Positions 22,410-30,387 of a stretch of 38,019 nucleotides of DNA are shown here, one piece after another; position 1 is the stretch's first letter; each line of letters starts with the position of its first letter. Made by a program: the position numbers and the translations under genes. The notes beneath the pieces were generated by a model, which worked only from the letters and a program-made list of their open reading frames with translations, searched no databases and was not told where the DNA came from. Source of the stretch: a virus; IMG/VR virus record IMGVR_UViG_3300032883_000150, positions 1-38,019 of that record. One strand, given 5' to 3'.

Positions 22410-22631
22410 TCATTTCCTGACCGCCCTCTGAAACGCCGGGAGATACGCAACGAAGATGAGAAGCATCGAAGCCAGCATCGCCGCCTCCAACGCGTTCTCG
22501 TGAATGGTATCGAACGCGAGGACCACCCGCCCGGTCGTCAGCAGGGCGATCAACGAGAACGCGAACAGCAACCCAGTGAACCCCACCGCCGTCAGGTATG
22601 CCGCCACGAATACCCGTTCCTGATGTCTCAT
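22410..22631 (-). CDS. Small two-TM membrane protein (73 aa)
   Basis: ATG 22631 overlaps the TerL stop (ATGA). Hydrophobic stretches VFVAAYLTAVGFTGLLFAFSLIALL and AAMLASMLLIFVAYL. Confidence 0.6.
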   Translation of the reverse strand: MRHQERVFVAAYLTAVGFTGLLFAFSLIALLTTGRVVLAFDTIHENALEAAMLASMLLIFVAYLPAFQRAVRK

Positions 22632-24013
22632 CTGCCCCACCAACCGCCGACCCGCCTCGCTGGTGCGGCATCATGCACGAAGGCGACGCCCAGGTCGCTC
22701 TCGCCCCCATCATAGAGTGCGAGCGCTTGCGCCCAGAACTCGTCAGCGTGGCCTATCTCCGCCTGCCTAGTGCTGTCGAACTTGAGGTAGTTGGTCTCGG
22801 AATACTTGCGCTGGATGCTGTTGATGGCCCTTACCAGGACGGGGTCGTCGGGCATCTCTAGGTTCTTCTTCTCGTAGCGCGTCTTGAGCGAGCCGACCAT
22901 GCTTGCCTTGAGCTCGTTGGTCATGTGATAGCCCCAGACGAAGCCGAACTTCTCCCTCAACGCCTCGTCTATCTCCTTGTTGGCCGTGTTGTCGATGTTA
23001 AAGCGTAGCATGTTCGGCTGGGCGAGGATGTAGTTCAGGCGGTCCAGTTGCTCCAGATAGGGGACCCCGGCCCAGACGTACTTGCAGCGCAGCACCGCCT
23101 TTTCCCCTTGGATCTCGTAGATATGCACCGCGCTCAGGTCCCGGTCGCGCGCCACGTCGTAGCCGCCGACGCATGCCTTGCCCTTCAACTGCTCCACGTC
23201 CAGATACGACAGTTCCGGGTTCACGCACGACATGATGAGTTGCAGGGGGAACTCGCTGTTCGCCTCGCCGATGAATTCGTTCTGGAACTCCTGCCTGAAA
23301 CTCAGTTCGTCGTAGGCGCCGCTCGCTCGGATCGCCTGCACATCCAGGTCGGGGCAGGCGGTGTAGGGGATCAGGACCTTGTCGAACTTGCTGTCCGTGC
23401 GCGGGTTCACCCAGATGTCATGGAATAGATTTGCTTCGCCGAACGGGGTGCTTATCCCGATGAACTGCCCGCCCCTGCTGATGCTCGGGGTGATGGCCTC
23501 CATTACGTCCGCGTCCGTCCGGTTCAGGAAGTGCGCGAACTCGTCGGTGATTATCAGGTCCGCCGGGTAGCCCCTGATGGTGCTGGCGCTGTTCGGGAAT
23601 GCCCAGACGCCCCCGCCCTCCCTGAACGTCAGCTCGTGCTTGTTGTCGTCCTTCACTGTGGGCTGGATCATCTCCGGCCAATACTGCCAGGCGCGCCAGA
23701 ACTCATCGACATAGGCTTTGAAGTGGATGCTCTGCCTCTCGCTCGGGGATACCACTAACACCTTGTGATTGTGCAGTATCGCCCGGAACAGCGCGTAGGA
23801 ACCTTCGAAACTCGATATGCCTATCTGCCTGCTCTTGTTGATGAGAGTGAACTGGCTCTTCAGCCCTAGGAGGTCGGCTTGATATGGATAGAGTTCGTGG
23901 CGGCCCGTGCGCCTGAACATCTCGTTGAACAGGGCGACCAATGCAGAGTCTACCATCTGACGCGCCGCCTTAACGGGATGAGGCGCAATCTCGGATTGTG
24001 GCTGCTCCACCAA
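22628..24013 (-). CDS. terL: Terminase large subunit
   Basis: YPYQ, P-loop-like KSRQIGIS, Walker B DLIITDEFAHF, ISTP, and nuclease-half GGYDVARDRD ... HADEFWA. The start could be ATG 23956 instead of TTG 24013. Confidence 0.9.
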   Translation of the reverse strand: MVEQPQSEIAPHPVKAARQMVDSALVALFNEMFRRTGRHELYPYQADLLGLKSQFTLINKSRQIGISSFEGSYALFRAILHNHKVLVVSPSERQSIHFKAYVDEFWRAWQYWPEMIQPTVKDDNKHELTFREGGGVWAFPNSASTIRGYPADLIITDEFAHFLNRTDADVMEAITPSISRGGQFIGISTPFGEANLFHDIWVNPRTDSKFDKVLIPYTACPDLDVQAIRASGAYDELSFRQEFQNEFIGEANSEFPLQLIMSCVNPELSYLDVEQLKGKACVGGYDVARDRDLSAVHIYEIQGEKAVLRCKYVWAGVPYLEQLDRLNYILAQPNMLRFNIDNTANKEIDEALREKFGFVWGYHMTNELKASMVGSLKTRYEKKNLEMPDDPVLVRAINSIQRKYSETNYLKFDSTRQAEIGHADEFWAQALALYDGGESDLGVAFVHDAAPARRVGGWWGR

Positions 24014-24165
24014 TTCCCATGCCTCTGGCAGAACCGCAACGGGCGGTCCTCATCCGGGTCGTCCTCGCGGTTCATCCGATGATAGGGCGCTTGCGCGACC
24101 GCCGGTCTCCTGCATCTTGCGAACTGGCATCTATCCCCGCGATTCCGAGACTCGCGCTTGCGCAT
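23950..24165 (-). CDS. Basic Cys/His-containing mini-protein, candidate small terminase (very tentative)
   Basis: 71 aa, Arg-rich, C-x4-C ... C-x2-H. GGGGGG precedes the ATG. Overlaps the longest TerL start model. Arg-richness could be an off-frame artefact. Confidence 0.3.
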   Translation of the reverse strand: MRKRESRNRGDRCQFARCRRPAVAQAPYHRMNREDDPDEDRPLRFCQRHGNWWSSHNPRLRLIPLRRRVRW

Positions 24166-24202
24166 CCCATCCCCCCGACCGTCTGGCTAGCCGGTCATTG
24201 TT

Positions 24203-24210
24203 GATTTATG
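24203..24210 (-). promoter_or_regulatory. TATA-like box (CATAAATC on minus) upstream of the packaging/structural block
   Basis: AT-rich patch in the 24166-24267 spacer, about 40 nt upstream of ATG 24165. Confidence 0.3.
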
Positions 24211-24267
24211 AGAGAACAACATCCATCGCCCACTACTACGTCTGAACGCGGTTTTCGCGCTTTGATG

Positions 24268-24426
24268 TCATGTCTCCCCGAGAAGTTTCAAGAGGTTCCG
24301 ACGGTCCTTGTAGGGACACGCTCGGCACATCTCGCCCGGGCCGCGGTCCTTCTTCTCTGCGCCTTCGGTGCCGACGCGCGCCGCAAGTGCCTTTGCGAGT
24401 TTCTCCTCTTGTTCGCGGTCGTTCAT
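24268..24426 (-). CDS. Hypothetical mini-protein (52 aa, one CxxC)
   Basis: My translation is MNDREQEEKLAKALAARVGTEGAEKKDRGPGEMCRACPYKDRRNLLKLLGET. ATGA overlap with the upstream stop. Confidence 0.45.
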   Translation of the reverse strand: MNDREQEEKLAKALAARVGTEGAEKKDRGPGEMCRACPYKDRRNLLKLLGET

Positions 24427-24731
24427 CCCCATCCTACCGTGAATCCCTTGGGCATGTCGATGACCGTGAATCCCGCCTTGAGTAAGTTCGCCTCGAAGTC
24501 ATTTTGCGTCATCGCGACCTTGTTCGGTTCGCCCCTCAGTTCAAGCAGCGGTGCCACGCCCATGTTCCTCCGCATCGATTTCAGGACGCGGACCATGCTG
24601 TGCAGTGGGTTGTCCGGCTGCCTTGCATCGTAGGGCATCGAGACGCGCAGGACGGTGCCTTTCGGGAAGTCGTATCCTCTGCGGGTAATCTTGTCAGCAT
24701 CGAAGTATGCCGTCCAGATCTGTTCGTCCAT
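24423..24731 (-). CDS. Hypothetical protein (102 aa)
   Basis: ATG 24731 preceded by AAAGGGGGA (the ORF track starts at 24752). Confidence 0.6.
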   Translation of the reverse strand: MDEQIWTAYFDADKITRRGYDFPKGTVLRVSMPYDARQPDNPLHSMVRVLKSMRRNMGVAPLLELRGEPNKVAMTQNDFEANLLKAGFTVIDMPKGFTVGWG

Positions 24732-24732
24732 C

Positions 24733-25065
24733 TCAATCCCCCTTTCGTTCATACGTCCTGTCTATTTCCTCGTCGGTCGCCATCAGCCGGAACTGTCCGC
24801 AGTTGCCGCAGGTTATCTCCTGTTGCGCGAGCCACCGGTCGTAGGTCTTGCCGTTCTCGCCGTAGCGCCGGGTGATCCAGACCGCAGCCACCCTCGCGTT
24901 GCGTCCGCAATGAGGACACTTGCCTCCGCTTTCCGTCTCTATCGCGTCCGATTGCACGCGCTGTTGCCTCTTGCCCTCGATGTACTTCTGCGGCATCTCT
25001 GCGTTCCAGGGTTTGTCGGGATGTCGCATGCCCGCCTTCTCGATGACTTCCTTTGCCTTCTGCAA
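24733..25065 (-). CDS. Zinc-ribbon protein (CPHC...CGNC)
   Basis: ORF-track ORF. Start uncertain: TTG 25065 has no well-spaced SD, and ATG 25029 is the alternative. Confidence 0.6.
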   Translation of the reverse strand: MQKAKEVIEKAGMRHPDKPWNAEMPQKYIEGKRQQRVQSDAIETESGGKCPHCGRNARVAAVWITRRYGENGKTYDRWLAQQEITCGNCGQFRLMATDEEIDRTYERKGD

Positions 25066-25122
25066 TATACTCAGGTTTGTCCCTCCTGATCTGTTCGTAT
25101 CTCTGACCTCTCAATCCTTAAA

Positions 25123-25989
25123 TCATCCATCTCTCACTGCCTCCGTCTCGTCCAACTTCTCGTACATCTCCGCCGGGAGCATGCCGTAGAGCGCGTGCCC
25201 GAAGTACCTCAAGTCTATCTCCTTCATGTGGCCGCATTCTACCCCTAGATGCACCTTGAACTTCATGCCTGCGTCCCTGGCGCGCTCGTAGAAGTAGACG
25301 TCCTCTCCATGCCGTATCTTCTGCCCTTCCTGCCAGGTCAGCCTGAACCAACTCCCCTGCTCGTCCTGCAGCTTCTCGGCCGTCGCCCGGTCCATCATCC
25401 AGCAACCGCCGCCGACCAGATCCGCGTCGACTACCGGATGCCGGTTCTCCTTCCTTGCCAGGTGAACTGCGTCCTTGATGTTCGCGATGGACCAAGTCGT
25501 GAACGCATTCTTCTCCCCCGGCTTGTTCCAGCGGTACAGTCCGGGAACGGGCAGATAGAATGTGTTGTTGCCGACCTTGACTGGGCCGCCGATCCAGCAA
25601 AGTGGACTGACCAACGGCGCATCGATGTGCAACAGGTCTATCAGGTTCGGCGGCAGGACGATGTCGCTGTCCACCCACATCAGGTGCGTCAGTTCCTTGT
25701 TGTCGAGGAATGCGTGCATCAGTTCGTCGCGCGCCTGGTCCAGCGGGAACGCGGTATTGACCTTTATCTCCGCGAAGACCGTTCCTGAAATGCTCGCGAA
25801 CGTGCCGGTGCTGATGCTCTGGCGGCAGCAGACCGCGGCCATGACCTTCTTGCTCCTGACGTTCCTCTCGAACTGGTCCTTGCATCGGGGACAGCAGAAC
25901 ATGCCCGGGACCGCGTTCTCGCCCAGGTCCTTGGCGCAGTTCCGGCAGATCGGTCCCAATGCTTTCTCTTCCTTCTCTCCTTCGCTCAT
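25123..25989 (-). CDS. GT-A-fold glycosyltransferase with N-terminal zinc ribbon
   Basis: CRNC...CPRC, then WVDSDIV (DxD), GGGCWMM and GEDVYFYERARDAGMKFKVH. ATG 25989 overlaps the upstream stop (ATGA). Confidence 0.7.
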   Translation of the reverse strand: MSEGEKEEKALGPICRNCAKDLGENAVPGMFCCPRCKDQFERNVRSKKVMAAVCCRQSISTGTFASISGTVFAEIKVNTAFPLDQARDELMHAFLDNKELTHLMWVDSDIVLPPNLIDLLHIDAPLVSPLCWIGGPVKVGNNTFYLPVPGLYRWNKPGEKNAFTTWSIANIKDAVHLARKENRHPVVDADLVGGGCWMMDRATAEKLQDEQGSWFRLTWQEGQKIRHGEDVYFYERARDAGMKFKVHLGVECGHMKEIDLRYFGHALYGMLPAEMYEKLDETEAVRDG

Positions 25990-26735
25990 TCCCACTTCAA
26001 CTCCTCTCCGTGATAGGCATCGTAGAGTTGGGCCATGTCCACCATCTTGTGATGACCGACCCGCACGTCGAACGCCACATGCACATTGATGCCTAGTGCG
26101 TTGCACCGCCGGAAGAAATAGGTATCCTCGCCACGCCTCAACGCGCCCGACGGGGAACGCCACACCTGCTTGAACCACTCGCCGTCCTCGTCGATCGTCC
26201 TGGCGAACACGCCCCTGCGCACCGCGTAGCAGTTCCCGACCACGTCGCCTATCGGGTAGATGGGGCGTATGCCCGCTTCCTTACATCGCTTGAATACGTC
26301 CTGCATGGCCTCGCGCGGCATGGTGGCGAGCATCTCCCGCTTGTCGTCCATCCACTGATAGACTGAGATTATCGGTTCCTCGTGGAAGCTGTTGCTGTAT
26401 GGTGCCACTATCTGCGCGCCCTCGACGTCGAAGATGCGCATCAGGTCCTTGCACGCGACAACATCGTCGTCCATGAATAATAGCCAGTCGCAATTGGTCT
26501 TGAGGAACTCGATGACCAACTCGTTGCGCGCGACGTCCAAGCCGAGCGAATCGTTCATCCTGATGGCCTCGAACGCCTTGGTGTCGAGCTGATTGAAGAT
26601 GCGGGGCGCCATGCCGCGCTTAGTAGGGATACCGAGAAAGACCTTTACGGTAGTTCTACGGGATTCGTAGGAATTTGCCAATCGATTTGGCTTTGTCCCA
26701 TCGGTCTTCTTTTCATCATTACGATTTCCGCACAT
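25986..26735 (-). CDS. GT-A-fold glycosyltransferase (paralogue of 25123-25989)
   Basis: LLFMDDDVV (DxD), GNCYAV and GEDTYFFRRCNALGINVHV. ATG 26735 shares one base with the upstream TAA. Confidence 0.7.
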   Translation of the reverse strand: MCGNRNDEKKTDGTKPNRLANSYESRRTTVKVFLGIPTKRGMAPRIFNQLDTKAFEAIRMNDSLGLDVARNELVIEFLKTNCDWLLFMDDDVVACKDLMRIFDVEGAQIVAPYSNSFHEEPIISVYQWMDDKREMLATMPREAMQDVFKRCKEAGIRPIYPIGDVVGNCYAVRRGVFARTIDEDGEWFKQVWRSPSGALRRGEDTYFFRRCNALGINVHVAFDVRVGHHKMVDMAQLYDAYHGEELKWE

Positions 26736-27316
26736 TATCCTACCTTCTTCGCGATGAACAGCGTATCCACGCACTTCCATTCGATCGTCCGGTCCGGGCG
26801 GCCCAACAGTTCCTCCCTGATGATCCTCGCCGGCCCGTCCCAGTTCAGGTCGTGCATCGCGAGTATGCCTTCGGGGGCGATCTTCGGCCACCACATATCG
26901 AGGTCGGCCTTGACCGCCTCGTATTCGTGGTTGCCGTCGATGAACAGCAGTCCGACCGGCTCCGCGCCCCATGACTCCGCCGCCCTTGCGCTGGGCATGA
27001 TGAACGTACTGACATTGCCTATCACGCCCGCCCGTTCGAGGTTCGCCCAGAACTCCGGCAATGTATAGACCGGCCCATTCTGATTGTGTTCTGGGCTGCC
27101 GTGGAAGTGGTCGATGGCTACGATATGATTATTTCCATACTGATTCTCCTGCGCGCCCGCCGCCAGGTAGATGGTGCTCTTGCCCTTCCAACTGCCTATC
27201 TCGACCGTCCAGCCTTTATTGTTCTGTGCCGCTAGTTGATAGAGTTCTGCGCCTTCCTGCTCGCTCAGCCAGCCCTCGGTCGAGTTGGCGTGCTGACGCG
27301 CCTCACTTAGTTGCAT
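26735..27316 (-). CDS. Class I SAM-dependent methyltransferase (Methyltransf_24 / CmcI-like pattern)
   Basis: VEIGSWKGKST (motif I), LLFIDGNHEYEAV, ILAMHD. GGAGGT precedes the ATG. Confidence 0.7.
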   Translation of the reverse strand: MQLSEARQHANSTEGWLSEQEGAELYQLAAQNNKGWTVEIGSWKGKSTIYLAAGAQENQYGNNHIVAIDHFHGSPEHNQNGPVYTLPEFWANLERAGVIGNVSTFIMPSARAAESWGAEPVGLLFIDGNHEYEAVKADLDMWWPKIAPEGILAMHDLNWDGPARIIREELLGRPDRTIEWKCVDTLFIAKKVG

Positions 27317-27818
27317 CTTGACCTCCGATCAATGATGTCAACCGCGCGAACACGCGTTCCTTGACCTCTTCGCTCTCCGATGTTAATGCCTCCACCACCA
27401 AATGCGCGACGTCGGATGGGGCTAGGCCGTTCGGAATGGGCGGCATGACCTTCTCGGCATACAGGCCCGTTATCCTGAACATCTCCTTGAGCAGGTCGAT
27501 GCGGTTGCGCGACCACAGTATCGCCGCCTTCTCGTCCTCATGCATCGCCCGGTCGTAGTTGTCGCTATACTGCTTGAGCTGCTTCGCGAGTTCGGATAGG
27601 GCGTTCTCCTGCGATATTTCGAGGCGGATGGTCGCTTTTAAAACGGATGTTTGTCCGCTTTCGTTCCCAATTCCCATCTTCCTTTTGAAGGCATATACTG
27701 ACTTCCTGGGGACTTCTAATTCCTTGGCGATGTCCGTGTCCGTTTTCCCATCGAGCATCAGTCTCGTTGCTTTGTCCTGTAATCCGAGTTTGATTATACG
27801 ATTGACTTGAGGACACAT
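27303..27818 (-). CDS. HTH DNA-binding protein (regulator or terminase-small-like)
   Basis: N-terminal GKTDTDIAKELEVPRKSVYAFKRKMG, helical C-part. GGTGAT + 5 nt precedes ATG 27818 (TGATG overlap). Confidence 0.55.
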   Translation of the reverse strand: MCPQVNRIIKLGLQDKATRLMLDGKTDTDIAKELEVPRKSVYAFKRKMGIGNESGQTSVLKATIRLEISQENALSELAKQLKQYSDNYDRAMHEDEKAAILWSRNRIDLLKEMFRITGLYAEKVMPPIPNGLAPSDVAHLVVEALTSESEEVKERVFARLTSLIGGQDATK

Positions 27819-28333
27819 CACTCATCACCTATGACGTTGAGTAGGGCGAATTCCCCGAACAATTCCTTGGCCTTTGCATTGTAAATCCTTGCAGCCTCGA
27901 TCTCTGAATCAAATCGACCGAGATAATGGCGAACGTTCGCGCACTGTATTTCGGCCTGCCATTTGTCACTTGGGGGATAGAATGACACGCCTTTGAACCT
28001 AGATGTATGTGAAACGATCCTACGTTGGTTCGCTAGATTCTGAGACTTCGAGCATATACGAAGATTCTCTCGTCTATTATCGAGTGTATTGCCATTGATG
28101 TGGTCTGTTTCCCGCCCCTTCGGAGTACCAATGATTTCTCGGTGCATGAGTTTAGATCCGTGCTTTCCTCTCATATCATTTGGCGTTGTTCGAGCTGCGT
28201 AGGGATATCTTGATTGGTCTCGTTTACTCCCAAAAAAGAGGACATGCCAGGTAAATTGTCTTGCCCATTCATAGTCCTCATCAGAAACTATCGCAATATA
28301 TCCTCTATTTACTGGTACTATCCTTGCCATCAT
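27818..28333 (-). CDS. HNH endonuclease fused to an AP2 DNA-binding domain (homing-endonuclease type)
   Basis: DHINGNTLDNRRENLRICS (HNH_3-type) + SRFKGVSF...KWQAEI...YLGRFDSEIEAARIYNAKAKELFGEFA (AP2). Gene is visibly AT-richer than its neighbours. Confidence 0.85.
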   Translation of the reverse strand: MMARIVPVNRGYIAIVSDEDYEWARQFTWHVLFFGSKRDQSRYPYAARTTPNDMRGKHGSKLMHREIIGTPKGRETDHINGNTLDNRRENLRICSKSQNLANQRRIVSHTSRFKGVSFYPPSDKWQAEIQCANVRHYLGRFDSEIEAARIYNAKAKELFGEFALLNVIGDE

Positions 28334-29451
28334 CCCACCTCCTCGGCCGCTTTGCGCTCGACCTCGACCATGACCCTATATCCTATTCCTTTAAGCTTAG
28401 AGACGGAATGAGATAGGGCATCCAGGTGCGCCTTCGCTTCCTTGATTATGAAGTCGTCCGGGGACGCGACTAAATGATAGTTGTTCTGCCCCTCGCCCTG
28501 CGCCTTCTCCACGATGCCGATGTCCTCTAGTTCGTTTAGCAGCTTGCAGGCGTAGGTGAATGTGAGTTTCCGTCCGCTTTTCAGGTTGTGCGCCGTGGCG
28601 AGCGTCCCGGCCGATGCTTCGCCGAGTTCCTGCAGCAGGAGGACGATCGAGGACCGCATCGTGCCGTTCGCCTTTTCTCCATCAAGTATCGGCATGTTCT
28701 TGGGTAATGGGGCATCCTTGAGGCCCCAGACGAACTCGGCGGGTCTTCGGTTCCCGACGCGCTCCAATGCCACCCTTGCCCTGCGTATCGTTCCCTCGGC
28801 CTCTAGCGCGTGCAGGACGTCGTAGATGAGGCCGTTCCTGATGCCGCATCCGTCCGCTATCTGCCTTGCCGTGCGCCACGGGTGCTTCCTGAGGAATTGT
28901 GTCGTTGCCTTCTTCCCGTTCCAGAAGGGCGAGTTGCCCGATGATGCTTCCTTCATGACCTTCTTGAGGCGTTCTGGATTTGGATGACGCGCCCTCGGCA
29001 AGGCGTGCAGGAATAGGCGCCCCCGGGGACCGACGACGAGGATGCGCCTCAGTCTGCCGGACCGGACCATCGACAGGAGACAAACACGCACCGACCTTGC
29101 GGTGCCGAATATCCTGAGACGTTTCTCGATGAGCGATGCCGGTAGCCACGGTTCGTCGTTGAGTAGTCTGGTTATCCTCTTCTTCAGGTCAGTGTGATAG
29201 AAGAACCTCGAACCGCCTTCAAGAGACATCCCCCCCTTTGGCGGGTGCGAACCTGCGATGGCACAACGTTTGACCCTGCCGACCACGCAGACCTCGACGA
29301 GTTTCTTGTCCTCAAGACGCCTCAGGACGACGAATACGCCCGACTGCCGAAGGCGCAGGCTCTTGGCTATATCATTGCATTTCGACCAACCCCTTTCCTT
29401 GAGGTCGGCGAGTATCCGCGCCTCTAATGCCGAAGGTTTTCCTGTGTGCAT
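28330..29451 (-). CDS. Protein of four tandem winged-helix (MarR-like) domains
   Basis: Four repeats of the pattern helix - HTH - beta-wing. Examples: ILADLKERGWSKCNDIAKSLRLRQSGVFVVLRRLEDKKLVE, and LLQELGEASAGTLA...KLLNELEDIGIVEK. Confidence 0.65.
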   Translation of the reverse strand: MHTGKPSALEARILADLKERGWSKCNDIAKSLRLRQSGVFVVLRRLEDKKLVEVCVVGRVKRCAIAGSHPPKGGMSLEGGSRFFYHTDLKKRITRLLNDEPWLPASLIEKRLRIFGTARSVRVCLLSMVRSGRLRRILVVGPRGRLFLHALPRARHPNPERLKKVMKEASSGNSPFWNGKKATTQFLRKHPWRTARQIADGCGIRNGLIYDVLHALEAEGTIRRARVALERVGNRRPAEFVWGLKDAPLPKNMPILDGEKANGTMRSSIVLLLQELGEASAGTLATAHNLKSGRKLTFTYACKLLNELEDIGIVEKAQGEGQNNYHLVASPDDFIIKEAKAHLDALSHSVSKLKGIGYRVMVEVERKAAEEVG

Positions 29452-29467
29452 CCCATCCCCCCTTTTC

Positions 29468-29860
29468 CTACGGAATCATCGTCTCCAGATAGTTCCTGAG
29501 CGTGTTCAGGTCGTTCGCTTTGTTCAGTTTCGCTAGGTTGATGACTATGAGGTCGTGTCCTTTCAGTGATGTGTCGTACTGCGCCTTCTTCCGTGCAATG
29601 GACTGCTTCGTTGCGTCCGTCTCGACCTCGATTATGTAGTCGGTGAAGCCGTGCGTCGCCCCGCCCCCGTTGCCGTCCGTCCTCCTCCAAGGAACGCGAA
29701 CATAGATGTCCGGTATGCCAGGATAGAGGCTCTTGCGCTGCAGTGCCGATGCGTCGAGTTCCTTGTATCCCCGCTCGCGACAGATGAGTTTGGATTCAAA
29801 GATGGCGTGGCAATGCAACCTGTCGCCGTGCGGTTCGATGAGGATCGGGCGTCCGGTCAT
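29468..29860 (-). CDS. Restriction-endonuclease-like (PD-(D/E)xK) fold candidate
   Basis: E in FESKLI, GIPDIYV, DYIIEVETDATK. The motif spacing is not canonical. Confidence 0.35.
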   Translation of the reverse strand: MTGRPILIEPHGDRLHCHAIFESKLICRERGYKELDASALQRKSLYPGIPDIYVRVPWRRTDGNGGGATHGFTDYIIEVETDATKQSIARKKAQYDTSLKGHDLIVINLAKLNKANDLNTLRNYLETMIP

Positions 29861-30090
29861 TTATCCGCCTCGCTTATCAACACCGTCTGATAGCCACAAC
29901 CACCACAACAATAGCAAGTCTCCGCGCTCGCTGCGCCTACTATACGCGGTGCGACCTGCCCTGTTCCACCACAGCACGCACATATCCGACGCTCGTAGTA
30001 GGTACAGTCATCGCAGACCTCCACGTAATGATTTTCTATCTCAACCAAATGGAGATCTGGAATTGTTGATTCGCAGATGATGCAGGTCAT
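29857..30090 (-). CDS. Cys-rich protein with two DnaJ-type CxxCxGxG motifs
   Basis: CACCGGTG and CYCCGGCG, plus an N-terminal CxxC...CxxC. ATGA overlaps at both ends. Confidence 0.6.
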   Translation of the reverse strand: MTCIICESTIPDLHLVEIENHYVEVCDDCTYYERRICACCGGTGQVAPRIVGAASAETCYCCGGCGYQTVLISEADK

Positions 30091-30383
30091 TTGTCACCCT
30101 CGGGCCGAGAAGACGACTTCTTGAGCCACGGAAGAAGCGCCTCAACATCCTTGGCATATGGCTCATCCTTGTTGATGACCCAGTATTCGTTCTTGTTGTC
30201 GATTTTCTGGAGATAACGAATGAGTGTTGCCTGTTCCTTCGAACTTAGGCGTTCCCTCGCATGTTCAAGTTTTATCACAATGAATTTGCCTGGTGCATCT
30301 TCTAACGTCGGAGAATCAAAAAGATGTCTCAACGTCCAGTCCTCATTCATATCGGCATGAGTTGGATAAAAATTTCTACGCAT
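30087..30383 (-). CDS. Hypothetical protein (98 aa)
   Basis: ORF-track ORF, coupled to its neighbours, in an AT-richer segment. Confidence 0.6.
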   Translation of the reverse strand: MRRNFYPTHADMNEDWTLRHLFDSPTLEDAPGKFIVIKLEHARERLSSKEQATLIRYLQKIDNKNEYWVINKDEPYAKDVEALLPWLKKSSSRPEGDK

Positions 30384-30387
30384 CCTT

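Noticed and set aside
24168-24170. Alternative ATG 5 nt upstream of 24165, giving a 32-aa ORF
   Set aside because: Short low-complexity product (MGCASASLGIAGIDASSQDAGDRRSRKRPIIG) with no motif. Not reportable.
25118-25885. Same-strand 255-aa off-frame ORF inside the glycosyltransferase gene (similar: 3802-4602, 8402-8953)
   Set aside because: The composition is Arg/Gly/Pro-rich and there is no RBS. The overlapping frame carries the DxD and GED motifs.
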